From NCBI RefSeq assembly GCF_009914755.1, contig NC_060928.1: 64,000 bases of DNA. One strand, written 5' to 3'. Positions within the stretch are counted from its first letter, which is position 1. Every line of letters begins with the position of its first letter. The position numbers and the translations under genes are program-made. This document shows positions 1 through 11,669 of this stretch, one piece after another. The notes under the pieces are model-generated. The model searched no databases, had not been told where the DNA came from, and was given only the letters and a program-made list of their open reading frames with translations. The DNA is from the human T2T-CHM13v2.0 reference genome, Homo sapiens.

Positions 1-404
1 TATCAATTGAGATAATAATTCAGTCAAAAATTCTGAGAAGTGACAGATAGAAAATAAGAGGGAAACAGGGGAGTATCAAAAATAATCATTGAAAAAAGAA
101 TTTGAAGAACAATGAACAGTGAGCTCTTCTAAAAAAAGACAATAGTATTCATTAATTGTTTTAACAGGAAGAATTAAGCACAAAATTTCAGTCAAAGAGT
201 TATCAATGGCTTCATATGTCAATACAAAATGAGCAAGTGGAGCAAAGAATGGAGGTAATTATTTCACTATGTGCTGTAATGGGAGCAAGTGAGAACAGTA
301 TGGTTCTTTGGTTATGAGATGAGAAAATCTGAAGTGGTCTAAATGGGAATTCAAACAGCAAATACAGAGAAACTGTTCTTAATACAAATACACACAAACT
401 ATAG

Positions 405-737
405 CCATGTGATGTGATAGATATTTTAATCAGCTTGGTTGTGGTAAACATTTCACAATACACGGATATATCAAAACATCATACTGTATACCTTAAATAT
501 ACAGATGCTTCTTGACTTATGATAGAGTTATATCTGGATAAATCCATCAGAGCTTGAAAAATACTGTGAGCCAGAAGTCACAATATTTTCAATTTGTGAT
601 GAGTTTATCCAGACATAGCCCATCATAAATTGAGGAACATACTGAGGGTTTGTAGCTTTTGCATTATTGTAAAGTCAAAAATGGTTAAATCAAACCACCA
701 TAAGTTGGGGACCATGTGAATACAATTTTAAAAAAAA
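405..737 (+). mobile_element. Old L1 (L1MA/L1MB-type) 3' terminal fragment, split by a MER47-like element
   Basis: TGTGATGTGATAGATATTTTAATCAGCTTGGTTGTGGTAAACATTTCACAAT...ACCTTAAATATA resumes after 718 as ATACAATTTT plus an A-run. Confidence 0.65.
502..718. mobile_element. MER47-like (TcMar-Tigger) non-autonomous DNA transposon
   Basis: Starts CAGATGCTTCTTGACTTATGAT after TA and ends TAAGTTGGGGACCATGTG. Contains an internal inverted copy of its left end. Confidence 0.75.
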
Positions 738-1148
738 GACTGGAGAAAATTCAAATAACTACCGTTTTCTTTTCTTATTCTCTTTGGGGACCTGTGAGTT
801 CCCTGGGCACTGGATGCAGACTAAAGTAAGATTCCAAGAAATATCAGTTGTCTCTTGGGTAATTTGAATTTAACTAGTAACCTGCAGTGCATTATTGTTA
901 AATGGGTATTCTAAGACTCATTATCCATAATTAAAATAAAAACAAGCCATGGAAATAGTCCAATTTTCTAACAATTAGAATGACAGAGATTATGAGATCA
1001 TGAAGCAGAGATGAAATTCAGGTATAAGCCAATAGGATGGACATTAGATAAAGCATACTGGAATGGAAAGAAAGAATGTGTGTGGTAAAATCCGGAGTTA
1101 TAGCTTGAACTAAATGGATATAAATAATCTTAGGGTTTTTTTTTTCCA

Positions 1149-1950
1149 GAAAGCTCATCATCACTGATCATTAGGGAAATGCAAATCAAAGCCATAATGA
1201 GATACCATCTCACACTAGTCAGAATGGCTATTATTAAAAAGTCAAAAAATAACAAATGCTGGAGAGATTGCACAGAAAAAGAACACTTAGACACTGTTGG
1301 TGAGAATGTAAATTAGTTCAACCATTGTGGAAGACAGTATCACAATTCCTCAAAGACTTAAAAACAAATACTATTTGATCCTGCAATCCCATTACTGGGT
1401 ATATACCCAAATACTCAAAGGAATATATATATATATGCATATTTATATGTATATATAATTTTATTATAAAGACACATGCACATGTATGTTCATTGCAGCA
1501 CTATTCATGATAGCAACGACATGGAATCAACCTAAATGCTCATCAATGATAGACTGCATAAAGAAAATATGGTACATATACACTATGGAATATCATGTAA
1601 CCATTAAAAAAATGAGATTATGGGCCGAGATTATGTCCTTTGCAGAAACATGGGTGGAGCTGGAAGCCATTATCTTTAGCAAACTAATGCAGGAACAGAA
1701 AACCAAATACTGCATGCTCTCACTTATAAGTGGGAGCTAAATGATGAGAATACATGGATTAATAGAAGGGAAAAACACACAATGGGGCCTGTCAGAGGGT
1801 ACAAGGTGGGAGGAGGAAGAAGACGAGGAAAATAATTAATGGGTACTAGGCTTAATACCTGAGTGATGAAATCATCTGTACAACAAACCCCCATGACACA
1901 AGTTTGCCTATGTACCCCTGAACTTAAAATAAAAGTTAAAACAAAATAAT
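1149..1950 (+). mobile_element. 5'-truncated L1 (L1PA13-16-like), ORF2 end plus 3'UTR
   Basis: GAAATGCAAATCAAA..GAGATACCATCTCACA..., ORF2 C-terminal peptide MFIAALF..WNQPKC, 3' end GGGTACTAGGCTTAATACCTG...GAACTTAAAATAAAAGTTAAAA. Confidence 0.92.
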
Positions 1951-1999
1951 ACAGCTGAAAAATTCAGCCAGTTCTCAGATGAAAAAGGCACAGTCCGAT

Positions 2000-2390
2000 C
2001 ACTATAGATTGAATTATGTTCCCCTCCACACAATACATATGTTGAATCTCTAATCCTAAATATAACTATATTTGACTTTAGGAGGTAATTAAAGTTAAAT
2101 TAGGTCATACGTCTGAGGTCTGGATTGGACAAGATTACTGTCTTTATAAAAAGCAATCCAAGAGAGCTCACTCACTCCCTCCACGCCCATGCACCAAGGA
2201 AAGACCATGTTAGAACACAACAGGAAAGTGAACATCTGCCAGCTGTGAAGAGAGCCCTCACTTGTAACTTAATCCTACTGGACCCAGATCTTGAACTTCC
2301 TAGCCTCCAGAACTGTGAGAAAATAATTTATATTGTTTAAACTATGCAGTCTGTGGTATTTTGTTATGGCAGCCCTAGCAAACTAATACA
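2000..2390 (+). mobile_element. MLT1A-family MaLR solo LTR
   Basis: Ends CTTCCTAGCCTCCAGAACTGTGAGAAAATAATTT...GTTATGGCAGCCCTAGCAAACTAATACA. Confidence 0.85.
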
Positions 2391-2497
2391 ATGGTGGAGA
2401 TTTACGTTTGAAGAGGTAAAGCAGCCCATTATGCCATGTAGAAAGCAGACCACTACCATGGTCAGAGAAACCATATCAGATTTATTGTCTCAGTGTC

Positions 2498-2939
2498 TGC
2501 TTTAGTCAGTTTTGCATTTCTATAAAGAAATAACTGGGTAATTTATTAATAAAAGTGGTTTGTTTGGCTCGTGTACAGCCAAACAAACTGGTTTGTTTGG
2601 CTCTGCAGGCTGTACAAGAAGCATGGCACAAGGATCTGCTTCTGGTGAGGACTTTAAGAAGCTCTCAATCATGGTGGAATGGGAAAGGAGAGCCACCGTA
2701 TCACATGGCAAAAGATGATGAAAGAGAAAGAAGGAGGAAGGTGCCAGGTTATTTTTAAATGACTAGCTTTCACATGAACTAATAGAGGGAGAACTCATTC
2801 ATTACCTCAGGGAGGGCACCAAGCCATTCATGAGACATCCAACCCCTTGACCAAAACACCTCCCACTAGGCCTCACCTCTAACATTGGGGATGACATTTC
2901 AACATGAGATTTGGAGGGACAAATATCTAGACTATTTAA
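2498..2939 (-). mobile_element. MSTB-like MaLR solo LTR
   Basis: GCAGGCTGTACAAGAAGCATGGC..GCTTCTGGTGAGG..GAGAACTCATTCATTACC..CAACATGAGATTTGGAGGGACAAA. Confidence 0.88.
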
Positions 2940-2944
2940 GCAAT

Positions 2945-3570
2945 TTTTAATAAATTTTACACATGCTAAGAAAATTCGAGTGATTCACAAGATAATGGGG
3001 AAAGATAGATGGATAGTCAAGGGATTTATCTCAGCTGGGTGAAAATTATGGTTATTAAGAAATAGGATAAATTAAACAGATTATATTGATGGAATCAAAA
3101 TATAGGTCTTAATGCAGCATTATCGGAGTTTGTGTGGACCCATGGGAGCCTCTGGTGGTTGCCAACCTTGAAGGACCCAAAGAAATCCTCCTCTATTTAC
3201 CCCAGTTTGGAGGAATTTAAGAAGCCAGAAGCCAAAGATGACAATGATAAATCTTACCTTGAATTGTTGGAATACATTGTCTAGCAAATTAATAAGAATT
3301 AGGATTGAATAAGAATCATAGGTCTCTTGGTATGAGCTGTGGCTGAGGACTCAAGGCCATAGAAACTTGTGAAGGTAAAATAGAGAATGTGAAAAATAAA
3401 GCTTTCTCGGGCTGTTTGACATAGGACCTCAATGCACTGTGATCTGAAAATGTTCAGTGAACTAATACGGACTATCATTAGTCGAGGATGAGATGAGGAT
3501 GCAACAGTGGATGAAACTAAAGTTTGTATAAAAATTGGAATTTTTGAATTGACTTTATGGTAAGGATTTG
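2945..3570 (+). pseudogene. ERVL gag C-terminus / aspartic protease remnant
   Basis: 3412-3444 reads LFDIGPQCTVI (cf. ERVL LLDTGSELTLI). Upstream WLLRNRIN..IDGIKI and PSIYPSLEEFKKPE resemble ERVL gag end motifs. Many stops and frameshifts. Confidence 0.65.
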
Positions 3571-3576
3571 CCTCTA

Positions 3577-3888
3577 TTTTTCTTTTCTTTTTTTTTTTTT
3601 TTTTTTTTTTGAGACAGGGTCTCACTCTGTTGCCCATGCTGGAGTTCAGGGACTCAAACACAGCTCATAGCCTTGACCTCCTGTGTTCAAGTGATCCTCC
3701 CACCTCAGCCTCCCAAGTAGCTGAGATGATAAGCATGTGCCACCAGGCCTGGCTAATTTTTTTTCAAATTTTGTAGAGGTGGGGTCTTGCCATGTTGCCC
3801 AGGCTGGTCTCAAACTCCTGGGCTCAAGCAATCTTCCTGTCTTGGTCTCCCAAAGTGCTGGAATTACAGGCATGAGCCACTCCTGACC
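3577..3888 (-). mobile_element. AluJ
   Basis: Poly-T followed by GAGACAGGGTCTCACTCTGTTGCCC, J-type CTCCTGGGCTCAAGC, and flanking TGCCTCT repeats (TSD). Confidence 0.95.
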
Positions 3889-4149
3889 TGCCTCTTCTTT
3901 ACATGAATGTATTACTGAGACGAATAGTATGTCTCACTAGTAAACCCTTCCTTTGCCTAGTATTGTAAAGCAGAAGACATACAAATTTTCACATTGGCCA
4001 GTATCAATTAAACATACTAAGTGGCAACCTAGAGATTTGCCGTAGTCCACTGATTGTTAATTTGAAATAGTATCAAATACCTAGGTACAAAAGGAAAACA
4101 TCACTTTAATTAAGGACATGTTAGAAGTTGAAGTGTTCGTACAAACAAA

Positions 4150-5483
4150 TCAACTGTGCAATAACCATGTGTGGTCTGTGAGAAAAGAAGATGACTCATG
4201 GAAATTAACCTATTATTGAGGCTTAAATAAAGTAGAATTGCCTATAGCATCACCAGTCCTTGACTTGATATTATCAATAAAAAAATTTAAAAAGATAAAG
4301 GAGATGGGTACTCATTGATTGCTCTTGCAAATGCTTTTTTATTGATTTTAGTCTCAGGAAAAACAACAACAACAACAACAATGAAAACTCCAGTCTGCTT
4401 TCATGTGGGAAGGATGTCATTTACATTTATTGGATTATGACAGCATTATTTGAATCACCAGCTTACAGTCATAGATCTGTTAGGAAAAATTCAGACTTCA
4501 TGCAGATTCAGAATGGGATAATACACCACAGTGAGGAGCTCATGATAATATTAGAACTGAAGAACAAGATAGGACTGAAATACAGGGGTAACACTCATGA
4601 CTAACAGAGACTAGTCGATTTATCCAGCAAATATCCAAAGGTCTGCCCAAATGATGAAATTCTTAGTAATAACCTGGAGAGGAGCCACTCATGACATTCC
4701 ACAACAACTGAAAATAAAATGCTGCCATTAATTTTCCTTGAAATCAAGCAAAAAGTATACCACATGGTTGGGTTGTTTGGATTTTCAATGATGCGTATTT
4801 CATATCTTGCTATATTGCTAGCTCTTATTTGTAGAAATACTAAAAGGAAGGGTATGTTTGAATGAGGACCTAAACAACAACATACTATGTTTGATTTGAA
4901 AAAATAAGTGTCTCAATCAATGCCTTTGGACCCTTGTTATCTACACCCAAATATGATTTTGGAAGTGTCTGTAACTCACACTTATTCAGACTACAGCTAA
5001 TGGCAAAAGCACATGAGTGTTGCATAGCAGTAAGTGCTGTATTTTTTTTTTTTTAACCAGGCATGGTGATATCTTACAGCCTTTTTGAGGGACAATTATT
5101 GGTCTGCCACTGAGCATTAATTTTAATGACTCCTATGACTGAAGGTCATAAAATAATCTTGAAATCTGAAATGACCCTAATTTCTTATGTAATGTCAGAC
5201 AAACATGCTAATATGGAAGGCGGTATCCAGAAGAGTTCCATAATAAAATAAAAATGATTTATACAGAAACATCATACTGTATGATGTTTGACTTTAGGAG
5301 GTAATTAAGGATAAATTAGGTCATACATCTGAGGTCTGGATTGGATAAGATTACTGTCTTTTCCAACAAAGGAAAACAAAGAGGCACTTGCTGTATCAAT
5401 GAGCAAGCAGTCTCCTTTCCTCTAGGGATGACTTTGGATCTACTTAAGGAACTGCTGGAATCCTGTTGCCCTATGAACAGCTG
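4150..5483 (+). pseudogene. ERVL pol remnant (reverse transcriptase to RNase H region)
   Basis: Manual translation gives NNHVWSVRKEDDSWKLT (4160-4210), GLNKVELPIASPVLD, GYSLIALANAF, HMVGLFGF..ISYLAILL, MILEVSV, YSLFEGQLLVCH*AL, IQKSSIIK*K* and LPYEQL. These match HERV-L pol motifs in order (PVWPVQKTDGSWRMT, IDLANAF, LVGLFGFW, MVLEVSV, YSPFEKQLLACYWAL, HSIIKWKW, VPYDQL). The YIDD box is degenerate (HSEE, ~4527). Confidence 0.88.
5287..5361 (+). repeat. 75-bp local copy of 2071-2145 (MLT1A-derived) inserted in ERVL pol
   Basis: 71/75 identical by eye to 2071-2145. Confidence 0.92.
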
Positions 5484-5750
5484 AGACTGGGTAATTTGTA
5501 AATAATTGAGGTTTATTTGGCTCATGGTTCTTCAGGTTATACAAGAATCATGGTACCAGCACGTGCTTCTGGTGAGGACTTCAAGAAGCTTCCAATCGTG
5601 GTGCAATGGGGAAAGGGAGTGAGCGTATGACATGGCAAGAGATGAAAAAAGAGAAGGAAAGAGAAAGGTGCCAGGCTTCTTATAAATGACCAACTCTCAT
5701 GTGAACTAATATAGTGAGAACTCACTCATTACCTTGGGAAGGGCATCAAG
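5481..5750 (-). mobile_element. MSTB LTR fragment lacking both termini; probable local duplicate of 2532-2823
   Basis: Collinear with the MSTB at 2498-2939 and shares unusual words (AATGGG, GATGA, AAATGAC). Confidence 0.8.
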
Positions 5751-7357
5751 ATCTCATTTTTGATTGTTCTTACAATCAGCAGTCAAACTACAGGGGCCAG
5801 GAAGTGTAGATTCCTCCCCCTTGATAGATTACTTGGCTTTTCTAGAGAATGTTAGGAAGTAAAGATGGGTGAGAATATTGGTATGACTGTGAATCTTCCT
5901 CAGATCACTTCAACTTTCATTTTTTTTTAATGTTATGCAGAGGTCATAGAACTAGGGATGCAACTTTGGGTGCCAGAAACAAGGATGACCTCTCAGCAAG
6001 AAACTGTGTGACTGTAATCACTGTATAACTATAAATTGTGATGACTGAATGCTTAGAAGGGCCACTGGTTATAATAGACAAAATATAGCAGTTGCCTGCC
6101 AGACAGTCCATAGTGTGCTGTGCACAAATACATATCACTCTTGATTTTGCTGGTGGGAAGATATTAAACAAACTAGGAAATAAAGTAGGTTTCTGATAGG
6201 AATAAATTAGAAGACTTCATAAGGTGGGTCAAAATTTCTCTGGGGAATGGTCCTACCCTGAAATGTAGAGGTCATACTCAGACTCCTCTTGGTATGACAA
6301 GCATTCATCTAACCCTAAAATGGGAGACCCAGGATTTTTGGGTATAAAGCATGTATCCTAACTTTACTCAGGCCATTAGTACACAATGGCATAAACATGT
6401 ATGATAGAATAAAAAAGTTGTGCATAAGACATGGGAGAACTTTAGGGAAGATAGATTCCTTCTAGACATCATGGGACAAGCTGAATTTGCTTTTAATGAT
6501 GAGAAGCAGTCAGAAGGAAAAGATTTATTAACTAGAATAAGCATATTGTAGGGAATAAATAATCTTTCAGAAAGAAGTTCAGGGAAGGGAGTCAGTCTGG
6601 AGAGAGGATGAGGCTTTAGTGAAGTGAGTCGAGCAGTCTCAACAAATAATACATATTGCAAGGACCTGGCATCGAGAAGTGCTTATACACTGACTCAGTG
6701 AAGGGGATGAAGTGAGTATTTTAATACAGATGGGGGCTGAAATAGCCAACGTACCATGGCCCTCCATCCTAGCTGCAGGAGTTCAAGGGGCACGCTTGTG
6801 GGAAACTTACGGGACTCCAAACTAGTAAAATTTATCTGGGGGTGGGGATGCTTGTAATTAACATTGATGCACCCTACCTTCCCCTTTCCCAGGAATAGAT
6901 CAGATGAGATATATCCTATACCATAGTAGGGATAGGAAATATTCTGGACTCTTATATCTTCCCTATAGGAAGGAGTTGGGCCCTGCTATATAACAGCAAG
7001 CAATAAAAACCAGTCTAAGTAAAAGCCTCTGAACTAAGAATGAATGACTGACATTGTTCCCAATTGACTTAAAATCCAGAAGGGAGTCATATGAAAATAT
7101 TAATACTGATTATCAAATATATTGAAAGGTAAAATTAAAGCCTCCTTGGGACATAACACTGATGGGAAATGAGTGCTTTGAGGACTAAGTGGATTTAGGT
7201 CCCCATCAGCTAGTTTCAATGCTGAGTTGTTTTGCACAAGTTTATCATGAGATACAAATAGTTGTGTCTACCAAGAAGGAAATTGAATAAATTAGTACAA
7301 AATATGAAAATGTGTGAAAATGTATGTCATAGATTAATAGGTTGGATGAGTTGTTTC

Positions 7358-7666
<309 letters not shown>

Positions 7667-7837
7667 TAATTGTTTCTTTAAGTCTATCCCTTCTCCACAC
7701 TGATCTTCTAAATGTTAGGCATATTCGTAATTATACTGTTGTATCTGTTATATAAATGCTATACTAAATGTAGATGCTCAGGAAAATATAATCTTTTTGT
7801 TCTAAGATAGCCTAGGTCAAGAGCCAGGAGAAAGGAC

Positions 7838-8307
7838 TATGCAAGCAAGAGTTAACTCAACTGGCCTGTGTTGCTCAAACCCTAGAAATTGCAAAGAAAG
7901 AGTTGTCTTTAAGACTAATGTTGATCACCGGAGAGATAAATTCTAAGCCCTCAGAATATTTTGCTTGATAAAAGTGTTTTGTATGCCTGAGCCCTTGGGC
8001 CATGTGATACCAGTTTTATTAGATAGTTTAAGATAATAATGTAATTTATGGTGAATGCCTGTTTTTACTCTAGAGGGCTAGAGTCTAAGTAGCTGAGGTG
8101 TCATGCAGGTTACAGATGCCTACTGGGTGAGGACACCTGGAAAGTTGTACCTGAATTTTGATGCATGCTCCTTTGTTCTTTGTTGATGTTTATCTGCATC
8201 TGTTCGTTGTAATAAACTATAAACATGACTATAACAGTTTATCTGGGTTTTAAGAGTCCTTATACAAAATCATCAGGTCTGAGAATGGCCTTTGCAACCC
8301 TGACACA
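7838..8307 (+). mobile_element. MER77-like (MER21/MER68/MER77 group) ERVL LTR with an internal deletion; 3' LTR of the provirus
   Basis: Starts (TA)TGCAAGCAAGAGTTAACTCA, has GTAATAAACTATAA poly(A) region and ends ACCCTGACACA. Sits directly after a PPT-like tract. Confidence 0.78.
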
Positions 8308-9727
8308 AGATAAACATATAGAGGAATTGAGTAGAATTGATAGTCTAGAAATAAGTGCTTACACATATGGCCAATTGATTTTTAACATGTGTGTAGTGAC
8401 AAATTAACAGGGAAATTACAGTCCTATTAACAAATGGTGCTAGGACAACTGAATATCTGCATGAAAAAATAATGAATTTGGACTCCTCCCTCACATTATA
8501 TAAAAATTAACTCAAAATGGATCATAGACCCAAATATATGAACTGAATCTAAAACTCCTAACAAAATGCAGGAAAAAGTCTTTGTGAATTTGACTTGAGG
8601 AAAGATATTTTAGCTATGCTACCAAAATCCTTAGTGGCAATAAAATTAAATAAATAAATAAGTTGGACTTCATCAAAATTAATTTTTTTTGTTTCAAATA
8701 TGCCACCAAGGAAGTGAAGACAACCCACAGATTAGGAGAAAATATTTTCAAGTGATAATACTTGATAAAGGGTTTGTATCTATAATATATAAAGAACTCA
8801 TACAATTCAATAACAAAAAGACAAATAATTTAATACTAGACAAATAAATTGAACAGACATTCCTCCAAAGAAAATATATAATCATTGAACACATCCAAAG
8901 ATGCTCAACGTAATTAGCCAATGAGGAAATATTAATGAAAGCAACAGATAGCACTTCACACTCACTAAGGTGGCTATAATCAAAAATACATCTAATACCG
9001 GTTTTGCTCTAGAGGGCTAGAGTCTAAGTAGCTGAGGTGTTACACAGGTGACAGATGCAACTGTTGACCAAAATGTGGAAAAGTTGTCACTCACATTAAA
9101 TTGTTATTGAAAATATTAAATGATGCAGCAACTTTGGAAAATCATATGGCAGTATCCTAAAAATTTAAACACAGAGTTACCATATGATCTAGAATTCTAC
9201 TCCCAGGATTATATTCTAGAGAAATAAAAACATACATCTATACAAACAAACTTGTACTTGAAGGTTCACAGCAGCATTATTCATAATATCCAAAAGGTAG
9301 GAACAACACAAATGCCCATTAACTGATGAATGGATAAATAAAATGTGATACATTTATACAATGTTGTATTATCCAACAATAAAAAAGGAGTTTCAACATC
9401 GATGTATCATGAAAACATTATGCCAAGTGAAAGAAGTCATTCAAAAGACCCATACTGTATGATTCCATTTACATGAAAGATCTAGAATAGGCAAGATTAT
9501 AGAGACAAAAAAATAGATTAGTGTTTGCCTAAGACTCGGGTTGTTGGGAGGAAGTGAGAAGTGACTATTAATAGTTATAAGGCTTCTTCTCAAGGTGATT
9601 AAAATGTTCTAAAATGGATTACAGTAATGGTTGGAGAACTCTGTAAATACAATAAAACCTTTAAATTTTACACTTCTATGGATGAATTGTAGGGGATATA
9701 AATTATATGCCAAGGAGCTGTTATTTA
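8308..9727 (+). mobile_element. L1MB-type ORF2 3' end and 3'UTR
   Basis: CAAATGGTGCTAGGACAACTG, AAAATTAACTCAAAATGGATCATAGACC, CATACTGTATGATTCCATTTAC, terminal GCTGTTATTT. Confidence 0.88.
9007..9058 (+). repeat. 52-bp local copy of LTR segment 8068-8119 inserted into the L1MB
   Basis: First 34 nt identical (CTCTAGAGGGCTAGAGTCTAAGTAGCTGAGGTGT); 48/52 overall. Confidence 0.92.
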
Positions 9728-9788
9728 TACAAAAGCAATGCACCAGAACTGATTGGGTTCATTTCTAAACTTTTCAAAATTATACATT

Positions 9789-10118
9789 CAATAGTTCCCC
9801 CTTTTCTTTTGGGAGATGTGTTCCAGGACCCCTAGTGGATGTCTGAAACTGTAGGTAGTACCAAAACTCACATATGTTTCCTATACATACAAACTTATGA
9901 AAAAATCCATAAATTGGGCAAAGAAAGAGATTAGCAACAAAAAATAATAATAAAATAGAACAATTAAACAATATACTGTAAAAAAAGTTATGTGAATGTG
10001 GTCTCTCTTTCTCTTTCAAAATATCTCATTGCACTGTATTCACCTATTTTTAGACTGTAACCAACCATGGGTAACTAAAATCAAGGAAAGCAAAACTATA
10101 GATAAGGAAGGGCTACTG
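9789..10118. mobile_element. MER44A-like (Tigger7) DNA transposon
   Basis: TIR-like ends CAATAGTTCCCCCTT / GATAAGGAAGGGCTACTG(TA). Internal CCAGGACCCCTAGTGGATGTCTGAAAC and AAGTTATGTGAATGTGGTCTCTCT. Confidence 0.88.
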
Positions 10119-10237
10119 TAATAAAATGTGTTTGTTAATATTTGTAACTTTAAAATATGTTAATTAGTTAGTGTTTCTTGAAAAATAATCAGAAAAATCA
10201 AAGATGAACTGACTATGTACCAAGAGCTGGATTTCTA

Positions 10238-10370
10238 GTAGGGGTAATTTACCATCCAAACCTGACCATTTTTAAATGTTAAATAGGAGTGCAAGTGATA
10301 ATTATGCTGGGAGAATAAGCATTAACTGGGACTTTCTCAGACCAATCAAGACATCTTTACACAATGCTAG
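10238..10370. mobile_element. MER94-like (hAT-Blackjack) MITE
   Basis: TAATTTACCATCCAAAC..ATAATTATGCTGGGA..TAACTGGGACT pattern. Confidence 0.55.
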
Positions 10371-10484
10371 TGACTTTGGACTTTATACTAAATTCAATGA
10401 ACATCCATCAGTTAAAATAATTGAAAGAAAATAACCTAATTTATATTTTGAAATCATTAAAATTTCAAGAAATGTAGTATAAAG

Positions 10485-10670
10485 AATGGAGTGCTTTTAG
10501 GGAGCTGGCAAGACTGGGAACTGGAGGCTAGTTAGGAGGATGTTAGAGTAATTCAGGCAAAAGAGAACAGTTGTCTACAGTGAGACAGTTTTAGTGGGAA
10601 TGGATAAAGTGAAAGTATTTAAAAGATAAGAGCAGATGTGTTAGATAATAGTTGTTGATTGATAGACACA
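10485..10670 (-). mobile_element. L2 fragment
   Basis: GGCAAGACTGGGAACTGGAGGCTAGTTAGGAGGATGTTAGAGTAATTCAGGCAA resembles the antisense L2 3' region. Confidence 0.6.
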
Positions 10671-11429
10671 TTGACCAATAGAAAGTTCTGGCAACAACAA
10701 CAACAAAAAAGAAAATGACTAGTGACGTGAAATACCGAACATAGAGTATACATCAAATGAGCTATTTTACAGTAATATTACAGTTCTTACAGTTATTCTG
10801 GGTGCAGAAGTTGGATTTGCCATTGAGATTGTGAGAAATTTCTGGAGTTTCAGTATGATGACATTTGACAACTCTGAGAAAGGAGTTAAGGTCATCTCCT
10901 AAAAGTAAAAGTTAGGTAAGAGGTGGAAAGAGAATAAGGAAGGTTTGAAGTTATTCTTGAGATGAATGGTAAGAGTTGAGTGGAAATAAAAGAAGGATGG
11001 AGATTTAGAATTTGATAAAGATCTAGTACTACTGGAGACTATAAATTTGTACAGGTAACATATTTGTAGATACATACTTTTTTGGGGGCAGCACTGAACA
11101 GTTCAGATATAGAAGGAGAGAAGAAAATCCAAAAACTTGGGAATAAAACTTAATGTTTTATGTAATACAATGACAGTAGCAAAGCAGCTGAAGTTGAAAA
11201 AATGAATGCCATTGCCTAAGATGGATGGGGAGTCACTGAAGACAGGAGAATTGAATGAAAGTATAGAAATGTGTCAAAAGGCTAGTGTTCCCAATGGATC
11301 AAAGCATATATAAGGTAATAAGCTTTCAAGCATAAGAATATTTTAATTGTGTATGAGATTATTAATTTTAATATATGTGGGATTTATCAGTTCTTAGTGT
11401 TGTATAATACAAGTTGTGGTTTTGGAATT

Positions 11430-11669
11430 AGATGCCAGAGCCAGAGTTCTCGTTGTGAGGACTGTGAAGGAAATATCTGGTCCAGGCCCCTCCCCTTGAC
11501 TTGTAGATGGCTGTCTTCTTACTGTTTTTTCACATGGTCTTCCTTCTATGCATATCTGTATCTGTGCCTAAATTACCCCCTTATCTCAAAATAAGGTAAT
11601 ATTCTGAGGTCCTGGTGGTAAGAACTCTAACATATCTTTCAGTGGGGGGACACTATTCAACCCACAATA
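11430..11669 (-). mobile_element. MLT1B/C LTR fragment with an internal deletion
   Basis: CTTGTAGATGGCTGTCTTCT..TCACATGGTCTTCCTTCT..ATTCTGAGGTCCTGG..GGGGACACTATTCAACCCACAATA. Confidence 0.8.

Noticed and set aside
502-640. Long hairpin (502-560 against 585-640)
   Set aside because: As I recall it, this is intrinsic to MER47-type elements rather than locus-specific.
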